Virus record (IMG/VR): IMGVR_UViG_3300037010_004438
Source: an uncultured virus (IMG/VR IMGVR_UViG_3300037010_004438)
Taxonomy: Duplodnaviria; Heunggongvirae; Uroviricota; Caudoviricetes
Reading direction: 5' to 3' (one strand)
DNA: 64,000 bases
In this document: one piece after another, positions 47,910-57,476 of the stretch
How positions within the stretch are numbered: the stretch's first letter is position 1
How the letters are laid out: each line of letters starts with the position of its first letter
Made by a program: the position numbers and the translations under genes
The notes under the pieces: model-generated
What the model was told of the DNA's origin: nothing
The model's database searches: none
What the model saw: the letters and a program-made list of their open reading frames with translations, nothing else

Positions 47910-49841
47910 ATGCGCGTGTTGGTCTACCGCTACGGTCTCTTGGCCCCTACCGAGAACGCGGACGTGGTGCGCGAGCAGATGCGCGCCGCGCACGACTACC
48001 GCAACACCCTCGTCGAGATCGAGCGGGGGCGGCGCGCGGCACGGCGTGCGGCGGAGGCGGCTGCGCCGGAGGTGTCGAGCGAGGAGGAGGCCATCAAGGC
48101 GGCGGACAAGGTCGTCGAGGACGCGCTCAAGGCGGTCAAGCAGCACAGGTCGAAGGGGCGTACGCGCCAGGTTCCCGAGGAGCTGAAGGCGGCCCTCACC
48201 GATGCGCGCATCGCCCGCCGCGACGTCGTCGCGCGTCTGCGCGAAGCTCGCAAAGCGGCGCGTGAGAACAAGGATCTGAAGGCGCGCGTCGAGGAGATCG
48301 AGGAGATTGCGAAGGAGCTTCGCAAGAACGCGCGAGCCTACACCCCGACGTACTGGGGGACCTACCTCCTCGTCGAGGAGGCTGATCAGGCGGCTAGGAA
48401 GGCACCTCTCTACGACGGCGCGGAGCCGAACGATCCGGCCTTCCAGCACTGGTCAGGCGAGGGCCTCATCGGCGTGCAGCTGCAGAAGGGCGCCGAAGCG
48501 GCGGAAATCTTCGACATCCTCTCGCCGACGGAGCCGTTCGTGAACGGCCGCGCGGCGATGAAGGTCGTCTCTCGCTCGAACGATACCCGCCTGCGCGTCG
48601 AGCACGTCCCGCACGCGTCGGGCAAGGAGAAGCAGAAGAAGCGCTTCGGCAAGCTCTGGATGCGCGTCGGTTCGACGGAGGACCGCAAGCCCGTCTGGGC
48701 GGTCTTCCCGATGATCGTGCATCGCGAGCTGCCGCCGGGCGCGCGCATCAAGCGCGCGATCGTCCAGCTGCGCAAGATCGGCCCGCGCGAGGAGTGGTCG
48801 GTCCTCTTCACACTGGAGCTTCCGGACGCGAGTCGCGGGAAGAAGGGAGGCGTCGTCGCGGTCGACCTCGGTTGGCGCGCGCTCGACGGCGGCGCGATCC
48901 GGGTCGGGACGTGGCAGGACGATCAGGGCGGCTCGGGGGAGATCGTCCTCGACGCTCGCGCGGTGAGCGGCCTGCGCTATCCGGAACACCTGCGGTCCAT
49001 CCGTGACAAGGCGTTCGACGCGGCGCGCGAGGAGTTCGTCAAGGCGCTCAAGGAGCATCGGGAGCGCGCCTCCGAGGGCGCCGCGGCGACGCTCCCCGAC
49101 TGGCTCCTCGCGGCGACGGAGACGGTCTCTCAGTGGCGTTCGGCAGCGCGCCTCGCAGCGCTCGCGAAGCGGTGGCGTTCGCTTCGCTTCGAGGGCGACG
49201 CGGGGCTCTACGAGCCGCTGGAGCGCTGGCGATACCACGACCACCACCTCTGGCAATGGGAGAACGATCAGCGCTCGGGATCGCTCCGCAATCGGCGCGA
49301 GATCTACCGCGTCGCCGCGAGCCAGTTCGAGAAGCGCTACGACACGCTCGTCCTCGAAGGAACCGAGGACGGCAAGGCGATGAACCTCGCGGAGATGCGC
49401 GAGAAGCCGAGCGCGGAGAAGGCCGAGACGGGCGAGCGAAGTCAAGCGACGCTCGCGGCTCCCGGAGAGCTTCGCAGGGTCCTTCTCAACGCGTTCCAGG
49501 GCTCGATCGTCGATGGGGAAGCGAAGACGAAGCGCGTTGTCTTCATCCCCGCCAAGAACACGACGAAGACGTGCCATGCGTGCGGGAGCATCGAGACGTG
49601 GAACGCGGCGCGCGACGTTCATCACACCTGCTCGAAGTGCGGGACGTTCTGGGATCAGGACGTGAACGCGGCGAAGAACCTCCTCTTGCGCCACCTCACG
49701 GCGGGCCAGCCGGCGATCGTCGACGCTCCTCCGCCGGAGGCCGAGGCGACGCGGTGGAAGCGTGTGCGGGCGATGAAGAACGAGAAGGACGCTCGCAAGG
49801 CAGAGAAGGTCATCGAGGTCGAGGGCAGCGCCGAAGCCTGA
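47910..49841 (+). CDS. Cas12m-like (type V-M/V-U1) / large TnpB-family RuvC RNA-guided effector, 643 aa
   Basis: RuvC-I VAVDLGWR, RuvC-II LVLEG, Zn finger CHACG..CSKCG, RuvC-III DQDVNAAKNL; Cas12m-type motifs YWGTY, GEGLIGVQLQ, RVGS..PVW..P..VHR.LP, QWRS..RLA.L..W, AAPGELR. Confidence 0.85.
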   Translation: MRVLVYRYGLLAPTENADVVREQMRAAHDYRNTLVEIERGRRAARRAAEAAAPEVSSEEEAIKAADKVVEDALKAVKQHRSKGRTRQVPEELKAALTDARIARRDVVARLREARKAARENKDLKARVEEIEEIAKELRKNARAYTPTYWGTYLLVEEADQAARKAPLYDGAEPNDPAFQHWSGEGLIGVQLQKGAEAAEIFDILSPTEPFVNGRAAMKVVSRSNDTRLRVEHVPHASGKEKQKKRFGKLWMRVGSTEDRKPVWAVFPMIVHRELPPGARIKRAIVQLRKIGPREEWSVLFTLELPDASRGKKGGVVAVDLGWRALDGGAIRVGTWQDDQGGSGEIVLDARAVSGLRYPEHLRSIRDKAFDAAREEFVKALKEHRERASEGAAATLPDWLLAATETVSQWRSAARLAALAKRWRSLRFEGDAGLYEPLERWRYHDHHLWQWENDQRSGSLRNRREIYRVAASQFEKRYDTLVLEGTEDGKAMNLAEMREKPSAEKAETGERSQATLAAPGELRRVLLNAFQGSIVDGEAKTKRVVFIPAKNTTKTCHACGSIETWNAARDVHHTCSKCGTFWDQDVNAAKNLLLRHLTAGQPAIVDAPPPEAEATRWKRVRAMKNEKDARKAEKVIEVEGSAEA

Positions 49842-49927
49842 GGCGGCGGGCGCTAGGCAGAGCTTCGGAAATCGGGTAGGGTCGCCCGGCGACTCGGCCT
49901 CGCGTGAGAAACGAGAGGATGTGGCAG

Positions 49928-50269
49928 ATGAAGAAGACGCGGAGACTCTACCCCCTCGATCCAGACATCGTCGCGGCGGCCCGCGCTGGGCGCGACATGG
50001 GCGACGAGCGCGCCGCTTGGGCGCTCGTCGACGAAGTGCTCTTCTCGACGCCCATCCATGAAGACGGGCTCGTCGGGGCGGTCGAGGTCGCGCCGATTCC
50101 GGGGCTCATTCCGGTCCCGGTTGGCCTCGCCGCCTACGCGGTCCCGTCTTCGGACGCGGAGATGCGGCAAAAGGTGGAAGATCGTGCGGTTTCGCTCGGG
50201 GAGATCCTCGTGCACGCGGACGCGCGCGTCATGGTCGTGACGAACGGTCTCTCGGAGCTGAAGGGGTAG
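49928..50269 (+). CDS. hypothetical protein
   Basis: ORF directly downstream of the effector. Confidence 0.55.
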   Translation: MKKTRRLYPLDPDIVAAARAGRDMGDERAAWALVDEVLFSTPIHEDGLVGAVEVAPIPGLIPVPVGLAAYAVPSSDAEMRQKVEDRAVSLGEILVHADARVMVVTNGLSELKG

Positions 50270-50657
50270 ATTCGGTTTGGAGAGCGCGGTTCTCCATGTT
50301 GTGCAGGGCGCATGGCTCGTCGCCGTCATGTGGCCGCTCGTGTGGTTTGCGACGCGCGACGTCCCGAGCGGCGTCGATTCGGAGGACGAAGATGTTTCGA
50401 CAGGGCACGGCCTTCTTGGTGATGTGCATCCGCGAAAACGGGCAGATCGAGTCAATCGGCGTCTACAGTGAGCCGCATCCGACATCGATCGACGGGAGGA
50501 TCATGCTCTGTCTCAACGCGTTCCCCGCGAACCCGGAGATGGCGCCCATTCCCTATGGGCTCGCGGCGAAGCAGATGGAGAAGTGGGCGTTCGAACGGCT
50601 CCCCGCGCGTCTGCGTCCGTACATCCGCCGAACGGGCTGGACGCCGGAGCTGCCGCG

Positions 50658-51338
50658 ATGACTGCGCTCGGAGATCACGAGTCCGGCATCTATCGCGCCG
50701 TCTTCAAGAGCGATGGGGAGGAGGTGCGCGCGACCGTCGTGCGAGGGGTGTGGAACGAAGATCCGCGCCTCGTTCTCACCATCGAGAAAAGAGAGGGCGG
50801 GGCCCTCGGAGGGTTCGTTTCCCTCTTCGAGGGAGGCATCTCGAAGGAGGACATGTGCGCGGCGCTCGCGACGCTCAAGAACCTCGAAGAGGATCTCGCG
50901 GGCGAGAAGGGACCGAAGGAGATCGTCTTCGACGAGAGCGACGACGGCGCGCCAAGGACGATCTCGGAGTGGATGAAGGACGTCCATCGCACTAGCTGCG
51001 AGAAGGGCTGGTGGGCGATCCCCGAGCACTTCGACGCGGAGAAGGTTCCGTCCATCGCCGCGCTCGCGCGCCTGCTCTTCGCCGAGAAGATGATGCTCGT
51101 CGTCACCGAGGCAGGCGAAGCGGTCGACGAGTACCGAACGATCCCGAAGGGCGTTCCGCTTTCCGCCGTCCGCTACGAGGGCGACAAGCCTGTTTCCCTC
51201 GACAGCGAGATGGCCGACGTCGCGATCCGTCTCTTCGACCTCGCGGAGGCGGCCGGCATCGACCTCGAAGGCGCCATGCGGCGCAAGCGCGCCTACAACC
51301 GAACGCGGCCCTACCGCCACGGCGGCAAGGTGATCTGA
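50658..51338 (+). CDS. MazG-like nucleotide pyrophosphohydrolase
   Basis: KMMLVVTEAGEAVDE..SEMADVAIRLFD..K.AYN..RPYRHGGK. Confidence 0.8.
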   Translation: MTALGDHESGIYRAVFKSDGEEVRATVVRGVWNEDPRLVLTIEKREGGALGGFVSLFEGGISKEDMCAALATLKNLEEDLAGEKGPKEIVFDESDDGAPRTISEWMKDVHRTSCEKGWWAIPEHFDAEKVPSIAALARLLFAEKMMLVVTEAGEAVDEYRTIPKGVPLSAVRYEGDKPVSLDSEMADVAIRLFDLAEAAGIDLEGAMRRKRAYNRTRPYRHGGKVI

Positions 51339-52263
51339 GGCGATCATGCTCTTTCGCGTTCCGTGGCGAGAGTTCGGGGTCGGAGCCCTTCTCGGCCTCC
51401 TCTTCTTGCCCATGTTCATCGCGGTCTTCCGGCTCGGCTTCGCGTTTGGAGGCCTCGACGCGGACGTGAAGGCTCTCTCGCGCGAGGTTCGCGCGCTGGA
51501 GGCCGAGGCGAAAGAGGCGGGGGTTCTCGACGCGAACCGCGCGGATGCGGAGCGCTGAGGATGCCGACCTGCACGATCGAGATGCTCTGGGCGTGCAGCA
51601 TCTGGACGACTACGACGTCGAAGAGGAGGAGCGGCGTGAAGCGAAGTGCGACGTGCGAATGCTCGCCGAGCAGGTCCTTTTTCATGAAGCGCCGGAGCAT
51701 CGAACTTCGGCGCGAGATGGCCCCATGCCGGCTCATCGCCGACGTTCAGACGAAGAAAGGTCAGCTCTTGGAGATCGAGGAGAGGCTTTCCGGGCTCGAA
51801 TCGGAGCTGAAGAAGGCGAGGATGCGGGCGTCATGAGCGCAATCCTTTCGACGCGAGCATGGAGCGAGTGCGTCAGCGGATGTGAAGCTCCCGAGTCCAT
51901 TGTCCTTGCTGGGACGCGACTTGATCGGGAGCGCAGGATCGACGCCTTTTTCCATCGCCTTTCGATGGGACTGCCGAGGCTCGTCCTGCCTCCGCCGCCC
52001 ACGACTTCGGACATGGGCGCGTATCTTCGATGTCGCGGATACCAGCTGCAGCTATCGAACGGCAAGGGCTCGTTCTGGATGCCGCCCGACGGGGGCAAGT
52101 GCTTGCGGCTGAAGGCTGCGTATCTGAAGGAGCGGCAGATGGAAATTCAAGGCAGGTCGCGATGACTGCGCGCTCGTATACGTACCGCTCGCCGTTTGTG
52201 GGCGCCCTTCGAACGTGGAGTGACGGTTTTGGGGTCTTGTGAGGAGGAAGTGAGGAAAATGAG

Positions 52264-52725
52264 ATGAGCAAAGCGAATGCGAAGGGCGAAGCGGCGGTTC
52301 GGATTCCGTTCGGCGCGGTTTCCATGGAGATCCTCGCCCCGCAAGTCATCGAGCTGCGCGGGGAGTTCGAAGCGCTCGAAGCGAGGTTCGGGGACGTCGT
52401 CGCGAGCTTCGAGAGAACGGTCGCGAAGGTCGAGCGCTCGGGCGCGTTCGAGGCCGGGACGATCGAGTTCGTGAAGCAGAAGGACGTCGCGGACTGCCGT
52501 AGCGGATTCGACACCGCGCGCAACATCCTCTCGTACGTCGAGGAGTCGCTGCGCCTGATGGAGCGCGTTCTCGCCGACGCTCGCGATCCCCTCAGGGAGG
52601 TCGAGGAGGAGCTGCTGATGTTCGAGGAGGCGATCGAGCCCTCCGTTCCTCGCAAGACGTCGAAGAAGATGGGAGCGAAGAAGGTGGGGGCGAAGAAGCC
52701 TGCGGCGAAGGCGGGCGCGAAGTAG
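52264..52725 (+). CDS. hypothetical protein
   Basis: GAGG RBS; Lys-rich tail. Confidence 0.6.
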   Translation: MSKANAKGEAAVRIPFGAVSMEILAPQVIELRGEFEALEARFGDVVASFERTVAKVERSGAFEAGTIEFVKQKDVADCRSGFDTARNILSYVEESLRLMERVLADARDPLREVEEELLMFEEAIEPSVPRKTSKKMGAKKVGAKKPAAKAGAK

Positions 52726-52932
52726 TCATGTGCAGCTGCGCCGACGTCGTGAACGAGAGCCTCGCGAAGGAGGGACGGAGGCTCTCTCGACTCTACGCGC
52801 CGGTCGGCGCGGCGGTCCTTCCACACGTTCTCATCGCGACGGAGCCGATTTCGCTGGACGAGCGGACGACCCCCGTCTCGCGCAAGAAGAGCAAGGTGTT
52901 CGCGTCGTATTGCCCGTTCTGCGGGCGGAAGT

Positions 52933-53619
52933 ATGGGGGCGGCCGTGGTCAAGCTTCCGGCCGATGACGGGGCGATGGGCTTCATTCTGGCGGCACTGGC
53001 GACGGCGTTTGTGCTCTGGCGTTTTCTTTCGGGAAGATGGAAGACGCGAGAGGTTCGTCCGAAGGCTGCGAACATCGACGATCCGGACACACGGACCGCG
53101 GTTCACGAGGTGGGCCACCTCCTCGTCGCGGCGCGGTGCACGCGCGTCGACGCCATTATCGGGGCGGAGATTCGCGACGATGGTGGAAGCGTCACGTACG
53201 ACATTCGAAGCGACGATGGCAAGGTCGAGTGCGAGATGGTCATCCTTCTCGCCGGCCTCGCCGCCGAGAACATGGTCTACGGAATGTTTCACCCATCGGA
53301 GTGTCGGGACGATCTCATGCGCGCCAGGGTTCTCGCCAAACACGCGATCGCGCGACGTTTCCCGTACAGCTCTGACAATCTCCCGAAGTTCTTCGGCAAG
53401 GTCTTCGAGGTGCCCGCGAGTGAGAAGGAGAACGGGGCGATGCAGCTCGCGTACGTGACGGCGAGGACACTGCTCGAAAAAAAAAACGCGCTCGCGCACT
53501 CGAAGCTCGTGGGATCGCTGCTGGCGATGAGGAAGATGAGCGAGCGCGACATCGAGGCGCACGTCGGCGGACGAGGGTTCATCAAGGCGCTCTGTCATAC
53601 GCGCCGCCTCTTCCTCTAG
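52933..53619 (+). CDS. membrane-anchored M41 (FtsH-type) peptidase-like protein
   Basis: TM helix, TAVHEVGH (HExxH), LLAGLAAE..YG, DDL..A. Confidence 0.75.
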   Translation: MGAAVVKLPADDGAMGFILAALATAFVLWRFLSGRWKTREVRPKAANIDDPDTRTAVHEVGHLLVAARCTRVDAIIGAEIRDDGGSVTYDIRSDDGKVECEMVILLAGLAAENMVYGMFHPSECRDDLMRARVLAKHAIARRFPYSSDNLPKFFGKVFEVPASEKENGAMQLAYVTARTLLEKKNALAHSKLVGSLLAMRKMSERDIEAHVGGRGFIKALCHTRRLFL

Positions 53620-53695
53620 GCAGACCCCGCCTCTTCCTTTAGGCGGGCCCCTGCCTCTGCCTCTACCCCGCGGCCGACGAAGGAGGCCGCTGACT

Positions 53696-54085
53696 ATGAA
53701 CCAGCGCGAAGAAGCGGCCCTCGCTGTCGCCATGGATTTTGAGAAGCTTGAAGTCTATGGGCTCGCGACGGAGTTCGTCTCCGTTTCCTACGCGCTCGTG
53801 CGCGAGCTTTCATCCGAGTTTGCGGACATCGTTTCTCAACTTCGAAGAGCCTCATCGTCCGTCGCCCTCAACATCGCCGAAGGCGCTGACCGAATTGGGC
53901 CTAAGGACAAGGCAAACCGATACGCCATCGCGAAAGGATCCGCGGAGGAGTCTGCCGCGGCGCTGGAACTTCTTGCCCGGATGGGCGCAATCTCCGCGAG
54001 CGACCATCTGCGCGCAAGAGCGTTGGCGGCCCGCATCTGTCGAGGGCTTACGGCACTCTCGAAGGCGACGTTGAAGAGAGCGTGA
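53696..54085 (+). CDS. four-helix bundle protein (23S rRNA IVS protein family)
   Basis: FEKLEVY, QLRRASSSVALNIAEG, IAKGSAEE; flanked by inverted repeats. Confidence 0.9.
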   Translation: MNQREEAALAVAMDFEKLEVYGLATEFVSVSYALVRELSSEFADIVSQLRRASSSVALNIAEGADRIGPKDKANRYAIAKGSAEESAAALELLARMGAISASDHLRARALAARICRGLTALSKATLKRA

Positions 54086-54150
54086 TGGGGCAGGAAGCGC
54101 CGGCCTAGGGCCGGCGCGGGGCGAAGGCAGAGGCAAGGGGCAGCTTTCAG

Positions 54151-54564
54151 GTGTATCCTCCCACAATGTTCCACTCGAAGCCGACGGCGGCGATCGCCGT
54201 CATCCTCGACGATGAAGGGCGGATGCTCGCGGCGACGCGCAAGCATCCGAGCCTCTACGCGTTCCCTGGAGGGCACATCGACCCGGGCGAGACGCCGTAC
54301 GAGGCCATGGTGCGCGAGGTGCGCGAGGAGACCGGCATCGTCGTCGAGGAGGCGAGGAAGGTCTTCGAGGACGCGAACCATGGCGTTCGAGGAGCGCGCG
54401 TCGTGACGGCGTTCCTGGTGACGAAGTGGTCGGGAACGCCCCGCAAGAGGGAGGCGGGCGTAGACGTCCTCTGGGCCTCGCCGTCCTTGTTCCTCGACCC
54501 CGAACACTCGCCGTACCGCCGGTACGCCAAGAAGCTGTTCCAGGCGCTTGGTTTGGGCTCCTGA
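54151..54564 (+). CDS. NUDIX hydrolase
   Basis: GGHIDPGETPYEAMVREVREETGI Nudix box. Confidence 0.93.
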   Translation: MYPPTMFHSKPTAAIAVILDDEGRMLAATRKHPSLYAFPGGHIDPGETPYEAMVREVREETGIVVEEARKVFEDANHGVRGARVVTAFLVTKWSGTPRKREAGVDVLWASPSLFLDPEHSPYRRYAKKLFQALGLGS

Positions 54565-54856
54565 CGTTTATTTAGAAAGCCTCTTGCAATACTTTCTCGG
54601 CAGACGCATGATGTCGAGGCTAACTTCATGACGTGAGAAACGTCGGAGGAGAACATCTCTTTGGCGAGACGTCGAGCGTCAGCGGGTCGGCGACGGAGCT
54701 GCGCTCTCTCCTCGATCGATTGCGGACGAACATCAAGGCGGAGCGAGCGATCGTCGCCGTCCTCGCGGGGCAGATCGAGGACAAGGACGGTTGATGAAGT
54801 CCGATAAGGTCTGATAAGAAGGAATCCTCTCGTTCGAGGAGAACGAAGGAAAGGTC

Positions 54857-55066
54857 GTGGTCATGGCCAGGCGCGGGAAGAAAGACCTCTACGTCGACAT
54901 CGACGAGGAAGCGATCGAGGAGAGCGTCGACGAGGTGATGGAGACCATCGAGATGAAGGGAGGCCCCGACAGGATGACGAAGGATGAGTACATCGTCTTT
55001 CTGCATATGCTCTCCGAGAAAATCGAGGCAAACCTCCTCGCCGCGAAGGAGGAGATCGGGGACTGA
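54857..55066 (+). CDS. small acidic hypothetical protein
   Basis: ORF with typical codon bias. Confidence 0.55.
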   Translation: MVMARRGKKDLYVDIDEEAIEESVDEVMETIEMKGGPDRMTKDEYIVFLHMLSEKIEANLLAAKEEIGD

Positions 55067-55122
55067 TCTCGAATCAGGCCGCGAACGGGACCTTTGGAGG
55101 CGTCGATTCGGGGCGTGGTAGA

Positions 55123-55413
55123 ATGCCTCGGACGATGAAGACCTCCGACGAAACTCCCGAGTGCTCGCACTGCCGCGAGGAGACGAGGCGGGCGAACGGC
55201 GCCGAAGAAAAGTTGCGCGCCGCGTACGTGGACAGCGTGATGTTTCAGCGCTCCGTGGAGGATCTTCTCCTGCGAATGGAGAAGGTCCGCATCGGTCATG
55301 ATCTGCTCTGTCACGCGGAGGAGGGAGGCCCTTGCGCCTGCTCTCTTTTTCGGCTCGAGGAGAAGGTCCGAGAGGTGATCGGTTTTCTGTCGAGGTCCCG
55401 CATTGGAGAGTAG
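55123..55413 (+). CDS. hypothetical protein
   Basis: operonic ORF with Cys motifs. Confidence 0.5.
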   Translation: MPRTMKTSDETPECSHCREETRRANGAEEKLRAAYVDSVMFQRSVEDLLLRMEKVRIGHDLLCHAEEGGPCACSLFRLEEKVREVIGFLSRSRIGE

Positions 55414-55417
55414 TTTC

Positions 55418-55840
55418 ATGCCGAACGATGACTACAAGGGCTGCGCGGCGTGCAGCGACGACTCGTGCGATTGGTGCCGCGATCCGAGGACCGCGAAGCT
55501 CAAAAAGCTCGCTTCGGGCAGCGGGGCGGCAGCGCGGCGCAGGCTGGACGCGCTCTCGAAGGTCCTCGACGCCTCGGAAGGGCTCGTGCGCGCGGCGCGC
55601 TGGACCCCGATGCGGCCGAGGCTTGCGGACGCCGTGATGAGGATGTTGCAGACGATCGTCGGCGAGGTGGGAACGCCTGAAATTCTCCCTCCTCCGGCGT
55701 GGGCGGAGGACGATCTCTGTTCGCTTTGCTACGGCAAGGACGTGAAGGACCGCGCGGCGTCTTGCGACGCTTGCGGTCTGCGCAAGAAGGAGCGCGAGGC
55801 GGCGATTCGCGATTTCGAACTCGCTTCGACGGTTCACTGA
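55418..55840 (+). CDS. hypothetical CxxC protein
   Basis: CAAC..CDWC, CSLC..CDAC. Confidence 0.55.
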   Translation: MPNDDYKGCAACSDDSCDWCRDPRTAKLKKLASGSGAAARRRLDALSKVLDASEGLVRAARWTPMRPRLADAVMRMLQTIVGEVGTPEILPPPAWAEDDLCSLCYGKDVKDRAASCDACGLRKKEREAAIRDFELASTVH

Positions 55841-55850
55841 GGAGGACGAG

Positions 55851-56195
55851 ATGAACAAGAACGCAGTCGAGCGGATGGTGGAGAGACTTCGCAAAGAGGC
55901 CTCAGAAGGCAAGATCCGGCCCGAGACGTTCGAAGACGCCTCAGCGCTCCTGCTTTCGCTCGCGTACATCATCGGCGAAAAGGCCTCCCCGGCTACGGGC
56001 GCGAGGATCGAGATCGCGCTTGCGAACGGAACAGGCTCCGAAGCGGCCCCTGCGAAGGCGATGGCTCGGCGAGGAGCGTTCGTCGAGTGCAAGGGAGGCT
56101 GCGGCGTCTCGACGCAGAGTCCGACCGGCCTCTGCGCGGTCTGCACGAACGATCGGAACAATCTCACGCCGGAAGCGCCCGACCCCGAAGGCTGA
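55851..56195 (+). CDS. hypothetical protein with Zn ribbon
   Basis: GAGGAGG RBS; CKGGCG..CAVC. Confidence 0.6.
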   Translation: MNKNAVERMVERLRKEASEGKIRPETFEDASALLLSLAYIIGEKASPATGARIEIALANGTGSEAAPAKAMARRGAFVECKGGCGVSTQSPTGLCAVCTNDRNNLTPEAPDPEG

Positions 56196-56855
56196 TCGGA
56201 CGGCCCGCGTCGAGCCTCCGACTTCCGGGAAGTCGCGGTCGCGCTACACTCTCTTCGTGCTCTGGAAGAAGGCGATGACGGTGTGCGCGGGGCTCCTCAA
56301 AGGGCGCGCCTTTTTCATGCGCGGGTGGACGGTGAGGCCTCACTTCGTCGGCGAGAAGACGACCTTTGAGGTCGCGAACTTCGAGGAAGAGCCGGTCTTC
56401 GTGCATGTCTTTCCGTGCACGTTCGACGCGGTCTGGTTCTTCCTGAACATCGCCGACGCCCCCTTCATCGAGCTGCCGGGTTCGGCGAACGGTCTGCGGT
56501 AGGGTCGGAGGATGGGCGAGACTTCCGTCCGCAAGAGCAAGTGCGGGCGCGGCGCGCATGCAAAGCGCGCGATTCGCAAAGGGCAGGAGGTCATGACGAG
56601 CTGCGGGCATGATCCGACCGAGCGCCCGATGGGAGAAAAGCCGTGCAAGTAGGTGGGCGGTGCTGACGGAAGAAGAGCGGGCGCGGCTCGCGGAGGAGAA
56701 CCCCCGAGGCGCTCATGCTCGACGGCTTCGACGGGGAGTACCTCGGCATTGGACGCCGACTCGGTACGCCCTCGGTCGCGGTGCACGACCGGACCGTGTG
56801 CCGAACTCCGCTCGTGGTCGAGAGCGCTTTGTAGGACCGAGGTTAGGATACGAAG

Positions 56856-57476
56856 ATGTCTCATCGAGAAGAGCTGCGGTCCATCCCGTCGCGAGCCTCC
56901 CGCGTGGCGTACGCGAGGAAGCATCTTCTCCGGGTCTCCGTAAGACCGGCCGATGATCGCGTATCGTTTCGCATCCTCGATCGTTCGGGGGAAGTTCTCG
57001 ACGAGTTCGTGTGCTCGAAGGAGAGCTATCCGCGGATTGCTTCTGGCCGCGAAATCGATCGCCGGCCGAGCACGCGCTGGCGCTTTTACGAGACGCCGTC
57101 GGGGAGCAAGCCGGTCCTCGACGCCATCATGGCCCTCGCCGACAGAGAGCGTGCGCGTGTGAAGTCGGCGATGAATTTTGTGCGCGAAAACGGACTGAAG
57201 GCGGGCAAACGCCTGAAGAATCAGCCCGTTCATCAGATCTCCGTGGAGACGGGGACGAAGAGTCTTCGAATCATCTTTTCGCCAGAAGGCAAGCACGGAC
57301 ACGTGCTTCTCGCGCTCTACATCTACGACAAAAACACCGACCACACGCCTCAGCAGGCGCTCAAGATCGCGCTCGACAGGCTCGCGGAATGGCGGCGGCG
57401 CGGCGAGGAGATGAGTCTCTCCGCGCTGGAAGTAGGGCGCCGCGCTTCAACCCTGAAGCGTGCTCAGGCGAGGTAG
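56856..57476 (+). CDS. protein with C-terminal RelE/ParE-family (phage Gp49/DUF891-like) domain
   Basis: WRFYETPSGSKPVLD..RIIF..VLLAL..YDKNTDHTP..LKIALDRL. Confidence 0.75.
   Translation: MSHREELRSIPSRASRVAYARKHLLRVSVRPADDRVSFRILDRSGEVLDEFVCSKESYPRIASGREIDRRPSTRWRFYETPSGSKPVLDAIMALADRERARVKSAMNFVRENGLKAGKRLKNQPVHQISVETGTKSLRIIFSPEGKHGHVLLALYIYDKNTDHTPQQALKIALDRLAEWRRRGEEMSLSALEVGRRASTLKRAQAR

Noticed and set aside
47586..50300. Canonical CRISPR array or IS200/IS605 transposon around the RuvC gene
   Set aside because: No identical direct repeats with spacers, no cas1/cas2, no TnpA and no recognisable IS ends in the flanks.
53696..54085. Diversity-generating retroelement (Avd-like gene)
   Set aside because: No reverse transcriptase and no TR/VR pair with adenine-specific differences was found in the window.
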